From Bacilli bacterium (GTDB lineage Bacteria > Bacillota_I > Bacilli_A > RFN20 > CAG-826): a stretch of 64,000 nt of DNA. Numbering within the stretch: the stretch's first letter is position 1; each line of letters starts with the position of its first letter. Location of the stretch: positions 52,904 to 116,903 of the forward strand of contig JAFTDF010000004.1 in NCBI GenBank assembly GCA_017454295.1, read 5' to 3'. Position numbers and translations under genes: made by a program. Of the stretch, positions 1 through 7,505 are shown one piece after another. The notes beneath the pieces were generated by a model. That model worked only from the letters and a program-made list of their open reading frames with translations, was not told the origin of the DNA and did no database searches.

Positions 1-35
1 GCTTTCGCGGCCAAAATCGAAGGGGAAACGATCAT
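1..35 (-). CDS. rpe: ribulose-phosphate 3-epimerase, first 11 codons only (gene runs off the window)
   Basis: ATG at 35-33 overlaps the kinase TGA (ATGA). The translation MIVSPSILAAK resembles the conserved Rpe N-terminus (..APSILSAD). Its position after prkC matches the Bacillus ylo cluster. Confidence 0.4.
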   Translation of the reverse strand, partial: MIVSPSILAAK

Positions 36-904
36 TTAAAGCCAAAGATCCGAGAAAGGATCCCCCTCCGTTGTTTGAAATTGTCTTTGTCGGAAATGGC
101 CTTCACCAAATCGTCATGCATCGCTTCCGCGGTTTGATAACGTTCTTCGGCCCGCTTCCGGCAGGCAGTGAGGATAATGCGGTCGATGCTGCGGGGAATC
201 GAAGGCACCACGCGGGAAGGCTCGGGGAATTTCTTCTTCATTTGCATCATGGCGACTTGATCCATGGTTTCCCCATCGAAGGGAACCGTCCCGGTCAATA
301 ATTCATAAAACACGATGCCCATGGCATAGATATCATTCGTGGGTAAGGCGGGTCCGCCGGTCAATACTTCGGGGGAGCAATAATAGATGGTGCCTTGGAT
401 GCCATCTCCCCGATTCGATTGCCCCTTCACCGCGGCAATACCGAAATCGGAAATCTTCACCATCCCATCATTCATGATGAATAGGTTGTCGGGTTTGATA
501 TCGCGGTGGACGATGCCATGGCGATGGATATAACCGATCGCGGAAGTCAGCTGGAGCATCACTTCGCAAGCTTCAGACAGGGAGAGAGCATAGGAGAAAT
601 TTAGTTTCTCACGCAAAGTTTGGCCTTTGACGAATTCGTTGACGATATAGGGGCGGCCATCATAGGTGCCACGGCCAAAGACATGGACGATATTGGGGTG
701 ATTTAAAGAGGCGGCTAAAGCGGATTCATTGTTGAAACGCGTGAGGTTTTCGGCATTGGAAAGCAAGCTTTCCTTCATCACCTTGATGGAAACGATGCGC
801 TTCGTCACCAAATCGTTGGCTTCGTAAACGTCGGACATGCCTCCCGTGGCGATACGGGAAAGGATACGGTAGCGGTCGTCGATCTTATCGCCAATCTTAA
901 TCAT
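32..904 (-). CDS. prkC: Hanks-type Ser/Thr protein kinase, catalytic domain only (290 aa)
   Basis: Motifs GGMSDVY, VSIK, HRDIKPDN, DFG and SPE are present. The likely start is MIKIGD at 904, whose ATG overlaps the PP2C stop. The ORF-track start at 958 would overlap the upstream gene by 60 nt. Confidence 0.9.
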   Translation of the reverse strand: MIKIGDKIDDRYRILSRIATGGMSDVYEANDLVTKRIVSIKVMKESLLSNAENLTRFNNESALAASLNHPNIVHVFGRGTYDGRPYIVNEFVKGQTLREKLNFSYALSLSEACEVMLQLTSAIGYIHRHGIVHRDIKPDNLFIMNDGMVKISDFGIAAVKGQSNRGDGIQGTIYYCSPEVLTGGPALPTNDIYAMGIVFYELLTGTVPFDGETMDQVAMMQMKKKFPEPSRVVPSIPRSIDRIILTACRKRAEERYQTAEAMHDDLVKAISDKDNFKQRRGILSRIFGFK

Positions 905-1652
905 GGTTGACCGCCTCCCAATATGCGATGCCGATGTTGTCGGATCCGCCGTTGCCATTGGCTTCGGCGATGAGGGACATCACCTTTTGATCGGGGCGAT
1001 CATCGGTGGATAACACCGCCCGGATCTCCGACTCGGAAACATTGTTATATAGGCCGTCGGAGCAGCAAAGAATCGCTTCTCCGTTATAGGGCTGCCCATG
1101 GATATCGGGGGAGCAGGAAGGATAAATCCCCAAAGCGTTCATCAAGACATGGCGGTCGGGGGATGTGTCGCGTTCCTCGCTTTTGATTTTGCCGGTGCGG
1201 TAAAGATAGTCGACATAGGTTTGATCGGTGGTAAGTCGCTTCAGCCGCCCGAAGGCATAAGAGTAAGCCCGAGAATCGCCGATGTTGGCGATGGCCATTT
1301 TCTCACCTTGGATATAGACGGCGACGCAAGTGGTCCCCATTCCGGTATATAAGGGTTTGGTCGTGGCTTCTTCGAAAATGATCGAATTGGCATGACTTAG
1401 CGCCCGTTTTAGCCAGAATTTCGTTAAAAGAAACGGGGTTTTGCGTTTTTTCCGGAAGGATTCCGTCAAAGAATCGATGGCCATTTTCGAGGCATAATCG
1501 CCTTTGTTTTGGCCACCCATACCATCGCAGATAATTAAGAAAACATCGCCACAGTAATTGGTTAATACCGCGGCCCGATCTTCGTTGGAAATCCGAATTT
1601 TTCCGATGTCGGTGGCACTGGAAAAAAGCCCTTTGTAGATCCGCCCCATCAA
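897..1652 (-). CDS. prpC: PP2C-family Ser/Thr phosphatase
   Basis: Motifs NEDR, ICDGMGG, GDSR and SDGL are present. It sits upstream of and is coupled to the kinase, as in prpC-prkC. Confidence 0.9.
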   Translation of the reverse strand: MMGRIYKGLFSSATDIGKIRISNEDRAAVLTNYCGDVFLIICDGMGGQNKGDYASKMAIDSLTESFRKKRKTPFLLTKFWLKRALSHANSIIFEEATTKPLYTGMGTTCVAVYIQGEKMAIANIGDSRAYSYAFGRLKRLTTDQTYVDYLYRTGKIKSEERDTSPDRHVLMNALGIYPSCSPDIHGQPYNGEAILCCSDGLYNNVSESEIRAVLSTDDRPDQKVMSLIAEANGNGGSDNIGIAYWEAVNHD

Positions 1653-2698
1653 AGCTTCCCTCCCACTTGTTTGGAACGGAGTTGGCCGCAGGCGGCATCG
1701 ATGTCGCCCCCGAATTCTTTTCTGACGGTGCAGTTGATGCCGTTTTTCAGCAGGTAGTCGGCAAAGGCACGCACCCGCGTTTTGTCGGAACGGCGATAAG
1801 GCTTTTCTTTGACTTCGTTATAAGGGATCAAATTGACGTAAGCGAACAGATGGTTGTCGCGAATCAAGGCAACGAGTTCCTTGGCGCAATCCAAGGTATC
1901 GTTAAGGTCCTTGAGCATGATGTATTCGAAAGTCAAACGACGACCGGAGTCGGCGCTATATTCTTGCAAAGCGGGAATCAACTTTTCGAAAGGATAGGCC
2001 TTGGCAATCGGCATGATCTGCTGACGGATTTCGTCATTGGGGGCATGGAGGGAAAGCGCCAAATTGATTTGGATGCCCTCCTTTCCATAGGCCTTGATGC
2101 CGGGGCATAAGCCACAAGTGGATACCGTGATGTGGCGGGCGCCGATGGCCAAAGCAAAGGGATCGTTAGCGATCTTGATGAAATCAAGGACGTTGTCGTA
2201 ATTATCGAAAGGCTCGCCGGTTCCCATGACGTCGATGTGGGTAACATGGCGTCCGAATTCGGCTAAAAGGCCGTTCATCACGAGGACTTCACCCATCATT
2301 TCGGCCGCGGTGAGGTTACGTTCTTTCCGTAGCAATCCCGAAGCGCAGAAAGCGCAGCCCATGTTGCAGCCGACTTGGGAAGAAACACAAATCGCATCCC
2401 CATAGTTATAGGGCATTAATACGGACTCGACTTTGGCTCCATCTTCCATTTCCAGCAAGACTTTAATGGTGCCGTCTTTGGCTTCTTGCTTGGTATAAAT
2501 CGTGGGAAGTTTGATGCAATAATCGCGTTTTAAAACCTCGCGGAAATCCTTGGAGATATCGGTCATCGCATCGAAATCATAGATTTTCTTTCCGTAGATC
2601 CAGCCAAACACTTGCTTGGCCCGGTATTTGCTTTGACCCCTTCCCAGGAATTCCTCGGTGAGTTTGGCAAGTGTGTATCCGAGGAGATTCTGTGGCAT
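1649..2698 (-). CDS. rlmN: 23S rRNA/tRNA A-C2 methyltransferase, radical SAM (RlmN family)
   Basis: Contains the CNMGCAFCASG CX3CX2C cluster and the GTGEP and ACGQL motifs. Length is 349 aa and its stop overlaps the next gene by 4 nt. Confidence 0.9.
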   Translation of the reverse strand: MPQNLLGYTLAKLTEEFLGRGQSKYRAKQVFGWIYGKKIYDFDAMTDISKDFREVLKRDYCIKLPTIYTKQEAKDGTIKVLLEMEDGAKVESVLMPYNYGDAICVSSQVGCNMGCAFCASGLLRKERNLTAAEMMGEVLVMNGLLAEFGRHVTHIDVMGTGEPFDNYDNVLDFIKIANDPFALAIGARHITVSTCGLCPGIKAYGKEGIQINLALSLHAPNDEIRQQIMPIAKAYPFEKLIPALQEYSADSGRRLTFEYIMLKDLNDTLDCAKELVALIRDNHLFAYVNLIPYNEVKEKPYRRSDKTRVRAFADYLLKNGINCTVRKEFGGDIDAACGQLRSKQVGGKL

Positions 2699-2703
2699 AA
2701 CTT

Positions 2704-4032
2704 TTATTCAGCACTAGCGGTAGCACCAGCGGAAGCGCTGGGCTGTAACGAAGAGAGTTCGTTGAGAGGAGGAGCGACGGTGAGCTCGTTTTCCTTCTTC
2801 ACCATCACGGCGACATAAGCCGCGGTTTGATGGGATTCAAAGGGGAAATGCTGACGGTCTTCGACCATTTCGAATTCGGGGTGTTCCTTAAGGAAGGCAG
2901 CCACGGTCTGCGCGCCTTCTTTCATGGAAATGGTGTAGATAACATAGAGGAGTTTACCGCCCACTTCCACATATTTGGATGCGCCTTCGAGCACCGCTTT
3001 TTCTTGGGCGAATAGGGCGTCCATGGCATCCCGGTTGAAATTGAGCAAATAATCCGGGGCCGTCGGAACCAAATCGAAATTGGTCGAATTCGGCGCGGCG
3101 ATCACCAGGTCTTGCTGACGGGAAATCGCGGCTTCCATCGCCATGGGGTCGGGCGCGGAGAAGAAGTTCACGTTCTTTAATTCCTTCTCCTTGATGAGTT
3201 TGACCACATCGGGACGATCGTCGGTTTGGGGAACGGCGATATTCAAACCGATGGAAGACCCATAATTCTCAATCAATTCTTTTTCCAAAGAGGAATCGTG
3301 GTTGCCGTTATAAAGCAAGATCTCCCCTGGTTCGGAAACGTGATGGGTATCGATGAGGATTTTGGTAAGTTCTTTTTCCGAGAAGAGTTTGCCTTGGCGA
3401 TAAGCCTCGTTTTTACGGAGGGCAACTTTTCCCACATAATTGAGGATCCCTTCGGTATTAGAAGTGGAGAATTCGCCGGTGGCGATCAATTCCTCGGCCT
3501 TAACGACATCACGGACACGGACGCAGTTGGCCGCGGGGCGACCGAACTTTTTCAAGGTCTTCAAAATCGGGTAATGGGGGTAATGGCGGAAAATCCGTAA
3601 CGCCCAATCGGGGATGTTGTAGCGAAGCGAGAAATAAAGTTGGGAGTTGCGTTTCACCGAGAGGGGAACGAATTCCTCGGGGTTGGCGCTGTTATCGAGG
3701 AGGGGTTGGATTTTCTCCATTTTCTCGGCGCCAAGTTTCTCGGCGACAATCGTATCGATTTCTTCCCGGGCAAAGCGATGGAAGAAGTAGTCGTTGGCTA
3801 GCGCCAATTCCACATACCGTTTTTCTTCTTCGGTGAGGCCTTCGATATCCTTGAGCAAATACTCAAACAAGATATGGTGGCGGATTTCGCATCCAACCAA
3901 GCCAGCCACGACGTTACGGTGCGGCCGTAGAGCTGGATTGCTAAAGAACTTGTTCTTTAACGCATCGGCAAAGGGGACTTTTTTCTCCATGACCTCGGTC
4001 AGGATTTCAAGAGACAAATCAAATTCGATCAT
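2704..4032 (-). CDS. RsmB/Sun-like protein with NusB-like N-domain and a degenerate methyltransferase domain
   Basis: The C-terminus GGKLLYVIYTISMKEGAQTVAAFLKEHPEFEMVE aligns to the RsmB motif GG.LVYsTCS...EN...fL..hp.fe. The AAPNST segment sits where DAPCSG is expected. The position between priA and rlmN is conserved. Confidence 0.7.
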   Translation of the reverse strand: MIEFDLSLEILTEVMEKKVPFADALKNKFFSNPALRPHRNVVAGLVGCEIRHHILFEYLLKDIEGLTEEEKRYVELALANDYFFHRFAREEIDTIVAEKLGAEKMEKIQPLLDNSANPEEFVPLSVKRNSQLYFSLRYNIPDWALRIFRHYPHYPILKTLKKFGRPAANCVRVRDVVKAEELIATGEFSTSNTEGILNYVGKVALRKNEAYRQGKLFSEKELTKILIDTHHVSEPGEILLYNGNHDSSLEKELIENYGSSIGLNIAVPQTDDRPDVVKLIKEKELKNVNFFSAPDPMAMEAAISRQQDLVIAAPNSTNFDLVPTAPDYLLNFNRDAMDALFAQEKAVLEGASKYVEVGGKLLYVIYTISMKEGAQTVAAFLKEHPEFEMVEDRQHFPFESHQTAAYVAVMVKKENELTVAPPLNELSSLQPSASAGATASAE

Positions 4033-4044
4033 AACGAATTCTCC

Positions 4045-4590
4045 TTAATTCTTTTTCTTCATCGCTTCTTCGTATTTCTCTTCGAAGCCGGCAAAGGCAT
4101 CGCCGAGATATACATCTTCTTCGGCGTGGTCATGGTCACAATGTTCGTGATCGTGGTCATGGTCATGACCGTGGACGATCTCCCCTTCCATTTCCTCTGG
4201 CTCTTCGCCAAAAGAAAACTCGTAATCGTCGTTTTTCTCCTCGGGTACTTCGATGTAACGAGGATATTTCGAATTGATGAAATCGTAGGTGTGGGCTTCG
4301 CTGACGTATTCGAATTCCAAATGGATGTTGATGGAAAACAGATTCATCGTGCGCAGCAAATAATCGGCAACTGCTTCTTCAAGCGGCAGGTATTTTTCCG
4401 GGGCGCGGACAATCACGATGGTTTGCCAGCTGGTTTGCTCAACCCCACCATGGAACACCATGGAGTTGGGGGCATAGAAGACGATGTCGTTTTCGTCAGT
4501 TTCGAACAGCTGGGCGAGATTGGCACCATGTTCTCGGGAATAACGGCCGACCACGAATTGGTCCAGGCCTAAAACTTGGATTGTAATCAT
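4045..4590 (-). CDS. hypothetical protein (possibly DUF1904/tautomerase-like core) with acidic His/Asp-repeat tail
   Basis: 181-aa ORF. The tail reads EEMEGEIVHGHDHDHDHEHCDHDHAEE and is encoded by an imperfect (CAY GAY)n hexamer run near 4126-4175. Confidence 0.6.
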   Translation of the reverse strand: MITIQVLGLDQFVVGRYSREHGANLAQLFETDENDIVFYAPNSMVFHGGVEQTSWQTIVIVRAPEKYLPLEEAVADYLLRTMNLFSINIHLEFEYVSEAHTYDFINSKYPRYIEVPEEKNDDYEFSFGEEPEEMEGEIVHGHDHDHDHEHCDHDHAEEDVYLGDAFAGFEEKYEEAMKKKN

Positions 4591-4610
4591 AACGAAACAA
4601 GTTTACTCCT

Positions 4611-4627
4611 TTGTGATAATATCACAA
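4611..4627. promoter_or_regulatory. 17-bp perfect 8-1-8 palindrome TTGTGATA-A-TATCACAA, candidate operator
   Basis: Read directly. It lies in the 44-nt gap between the priA stop and the start of the His-rich protein gene, and it overlaps a TATTAT -10-like hexamer on the minus strand. Confidence 0.4.
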
Positions 4628-4634
4628 GAAGGAA

Positions 4635-6833
4635 CTAGCAATCCAAGGGGTCTACGTCGTAGACAATTTCCACGCCGCCAAGTCCGGAATAGGTATGGGA
4701 AATCTCGCGTAACAAAGCTTTCAAATCGTTTGGTTTTTTTGTCTTCAAAAGGAGCGTTTTCTTATACATGCCCCCGACAAATGAGTAATAGGGGGTAAGC
4801 GGACCGACGGCAATGGTGGCATCGTCAGAATGCTCTTCGATATCGGATTTCATTTCCAAAGCGGCTTCCATGGCGCGCTCTTCCTCTTTAGCAGAAAAAT
4901 GGGCCGCGATGAGGAAAAAGAACGGCGGGTATTGGGAAAGTTTACGTTGCTGCATCTCCTTCAAATAGAAGGCTTCGTAGTCCTGTTTTGCTCCAAAGAC
5001 GACGGCATAATGGGCGGGATTAAAGGTTTGGATTACCGCTTCGCCAGAGGCCTGGCCACGACCGCTACGGCCCACGGTTTGGGCAATCAAGCCGAAGGTG
5101 TTTTCCGCGGCGCGATAACTTTGCATCGCTAGTCCTTGGTCGGCGCTGACTAGCCCCGCCAAGGTCACATTGGGGAAATCATGTCCCTTTGCCACCATCT
5201 GGGTGCCCACGAGAATGTCATATTCTTTTTGGCGGAACGCTTCTAAAACCTTAGGGATATTTAGGCGCGATTTTGCGACATCGCTATCCAAACGGCCGAC
5301 CCGTGCCATGGGAAAAATCTCTTTGAGAAGCTTTTCCACGCGCTCGGTCCCCAAGCCGACCCGTTGGACTCTTGGCGAGCCACATTCGGGGCACTCCTTG
5401 GGATAAAGTTCCACATAACCGCAATGGTGACACTTCAGCATTTCGTCCTCGCGGTGATACGTCAAATTTCCCTTGCATGAAGGGCAGGTATAAATATGGC
5501 CGCAATCAGGGCAGATCACGGAGGCATAACCACGGCGATTCACCAAGAGGATGACTTGTTCCCGTCGATCGAGTCGGGCTTGGATTTGCCGTTCTAACTC
5601 ATAGGTGAACACGCCCCGATTCTTACGATCGATGGACCGCTTCTCACGCATATCGATGATTCGTGTAGCGGGAAGGGCCCGTTCGTTGATGCGGTGCATC
5701 ATCTTCGCCAGTCCATAGACGCCTTTTTCGGCGCGGGCTTTGGTTTCTAAAGATGGCGTCGCGGAGCCCAGCACCACTTTTGCCTGGAAATGGCGAGCCC
5801 TCATGATGGCGACTTCCCGAGCGTGATAATAAGGTGCTTGGTCTTGTTTGTAAGACTCGACATGTTCCTCGTCGAGAACAATCAAACCGATTTGGTCCAA
5901 GGGGGCAAACACGGCGCTTCTTGCACCGACGACGATCATGGCCTCGCCCCGGGCAATCCGCCGATATTCATCATATTTCTCCGCCGGGGTTAATCCACTA
6001 TGGAGAATGGCGATGGCCTTACCAAAACGCCGTGAGAAATATTCCACCATAATCGGGGTCAAAGAGATTTCGGGAACCAGCATCAAAGTCTTCTTCCCTC
6101 GGGCAAGCATCTCTTCGGTCAGTTTCAGGTAAACCTCGGTTTTGCCTGAGCCGGTCACCCCTTGGATTAAGGTCACGTCTTTGTCGCTATTCAAAACCGC
6201 TGAGACGGCGTCTTCTTGTTCCTTGCTCAAACGGCGTGGCTGGTTTTCTTTTGCAGCATCGGGAATCACGAAACGATTCCGTTCTTTCTTGAAAAAACGA
6301 ATTCGCCCTTTCTCCGATAAAGCCTGCAAAATGGACGCAGAACCGGCTTCTTTCTTCAAAATCGCCCCATTTTTCGTCAGATAACGAAGTAATTCCATTT
6401 GCTTTGGCGTAAGGCCTTCCTCGTTCGCATCAACGGCCTCGACGTAGGTATCGTAGGCAATTTTGGGACCGCGTAAGGAGGAGATGGCCGGTTTCAAAGA
6501 GGCGGGGAGCATCGCTTTCAAAACGGCGATTTTCGGGGCTAAATAATAAGCGGCGATTTCTTCGGCGGTGAGCAGCAGTTCGGGGCTAAGCAAACTACGT
6601 TCATCCACCAAAGATTCGATGGGAGCAATGGGGAAACCATAATAGGCTTCCAACTCATCGGGTTGGAGATCTTCTTCCTCCACCGCGTCCACGAAACCCA
6701 TGATGGTTTGGTGATGGAAGTTCACGATGACGCGGCAGCCTCTTTCGACATGGGCATCCCCCATATAGTAATAGGAAAAAGGCCGATCGAGATTGGCTTT
6801 GGCGTGTTGGATGAAAACGGATAGGATCTTCAC
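4635..6833 (-). CDS. priA: primosomal protein N' (replication restart helicase PriA)
   Basis: Contains Walker A GVTGSGKTEVY, the LDEEH motif and four CxxC zinc motifs (CPDCGH..CPSCKG..CHHCGY..CPECGS). Length is 732 aa with a GTG start. Confidence 0.95.
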   Translation of the reverse strand: MKILSVFIQHAKANLDRPFSYYYMGDAHVERGCRVIVNFHHQTIMGFVDAVEEEDLQPDELEAYYGFPIAPIESLVDERSLLSPELLLTAEEIAAYYLAPKIAVLKAMLPASLKPAISSLRGPKIAYDTYVEAVDANEEGLTPKQMELLRYLTKNGAILKKEAGSASILQALSEKGRIRFFKKERNRFVIPDAAKENQPRRLSKEQEDAVSAVLNSDKDVTLIQGVTGSGKTEVYLKLTEEMLARGKKTLMLVPEISLTPIMVEYFSRRFGKAIAILHSGLTPAEKYDEYRRIARGEAMIVVGARSAVFAPLDQIGLIVLDEEHVESYKQDQAPYYHAREVAIMRARHFQAKVVLGSATPSLETKARAEKGVYGLAKMMHRINERALPATRIIDMREKRSIDRKNRGVFTYELERQIQARLDRREQVILLVNRRGYASVICPDCGHIYTCPSCKGNLTYHREDEMLKCHHCGYVELYPKECPECGSPRVQRVGLGTERVEKLLKEIFPMARVGRLDSDVAKSRLNIPKVLEAFRQKEYDILVGTQMVAKGHDFPNVTLAGLVSADQGLAMQSYRAAENTFGLIAQTVGRSGRGQASGEAVIQTFNPAHYAVVFGAKQDYEAFYLKEMQQRKLSQYPPFFFLIAAHFSAKEEERAMEAALEMKSDIEEHSDDATIAVGPLTPYYSFVGGMYKKTLLLKTKKPNDLKALLREISHTYSGLGGVEIVYDVDPLDC

Positions 6834-6839
6834 GATTCT

Positions 6840-6845
6840 ATTATA
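6840..6845 (-). promoter_or_regulatory. TATAAT hexamer 6 nt upstream of the priA GTG
   Basis: The minus strand reads TTTTATAAT-AGAATC-GTG. Function is uncertain because the start is GTG and gmk ends only 24 nt upstream. Confidence 0.25.
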
Positions 6846-6857
6846 AAACGAAGGAAC

Positions 6858-7430
6858 TTATTTTTCCGCTTTTGCGGCATGGATAATGGCAATAATATCT
6901 TTGGCTGCCTGTTCGACGGTGTCGTTTACGACAACATACTTATACTTATCTTTTAAAGCCAGTTCGGATTGCGCCTTGGCAAGACGACGTTGGATGATTT
7001 CTTCGGTTTCGGTGGAACGGCCCCGAATCCGCGCTTCGAGTTTTTCCATGGAAGGAGGGATGAGGAAAATGGTAATGGCGTCAGGGCATTGGGCCACCAC
7101 TTTTTGGGTACCCTGTACTTCGATTTCCAGCAAGACGTCCTCGCCGGCATTGCGGTGGGATTCGATTTTGTCTTTGGGACTGCCGTAGTAATTGCCGACG
7201 AACTCGGCGTATTCGAGTAAATTCCCGTTGCGGATGTTTTTTTCGAACTCTTCGCGACTGACGAAATAATAGTCCTTTCCATCCACTTCGCCGGCCCTAG
7301 GGGAACGGGTAGTCATCGAGATCGAATAATAAAAACGGACGGAAGGGTCCTGAAGTATCGCTTTGCGCACCGTCCCCTTTCCCACGCCGGAAGGGCCAGA
7401 GAGAATAATGAGAAGACCGCGCTTTTCCAT
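6858..7430 (-). CDS. gmk: guanylate kinase
   Basis: Contains P-loop GPSGVGKGT and the TTR and YYF motifs. Length is 190 aa. Confidence 0.95.
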   Translation of the reverse strand: MEKRGLLIILSGPSGVGKGTVRKAILQDPSVRFYYSISMTTRSPRAGEVDGKDYYFVSREEFEKNIRNGNLLEYAEFVGNYYGSPKDKIESHRNAGEDVLLEIEVQGTQKVVAQCPDAITIFLIPPSMEKLEARIRGRSTETEEIIQRRLAKAQSELALKDKYKYVVVNDTVEQAAKDIIAIIHAAKAEK

Positions 7431-7436
7431 ATAGGG

Positions 7437-7442
7437 ATTATA
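7437..7442 (-). promoter_or_regulatory. -10 box (TATAAT) 6 nt upstream of the gmk ATG; leaderless candidate
   Basis: The minus strand reads TGTCTATAAT-CCCTAT-ATG. There is no Shine-Dalgarno sequence. Confidence 0.5.
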
Positions 7443-7490
7443 GACACATCGGTTTCCTTTTCCAAAGGAATATTAACCAAGGTGGCACAA

Positions 7491-7499
7491 TGCTATAAT
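7491..7499 (+). promoter_or_regulatory. extended -10 (TGCTATAAT) 6 nt upstream of the rqcH ATG; leaderless candidate
   Basis: The sequence reads TGCTATAAT-TTGTCC-ATG(7506). There is no SD. It is divergent from the gmk promoter. Confidence 0.6.
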
Positions 7500-7505
7500 T
7501 TGTCC

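Noticed and set aside
4126-4175. The hexamer-like (CAYGAY)n run as a non-coding microsatellite or contingency locus.
   Set aside because: It is in frame and encodes the His/Asp tail. The repeats are imperfect, so phase variation is not supported. It is only noted as possibly length-variable.
4612-4626. CRP/FNR-type site (TGTGA...TCACA) within the 4611-4627 palindrome.
   Set aside because: The spacing is 5 nt (TGTGA-TAATA-TCACA), not the 6 nt of the CRP consensus. It is kept only as a generic palindromic operator candidate.
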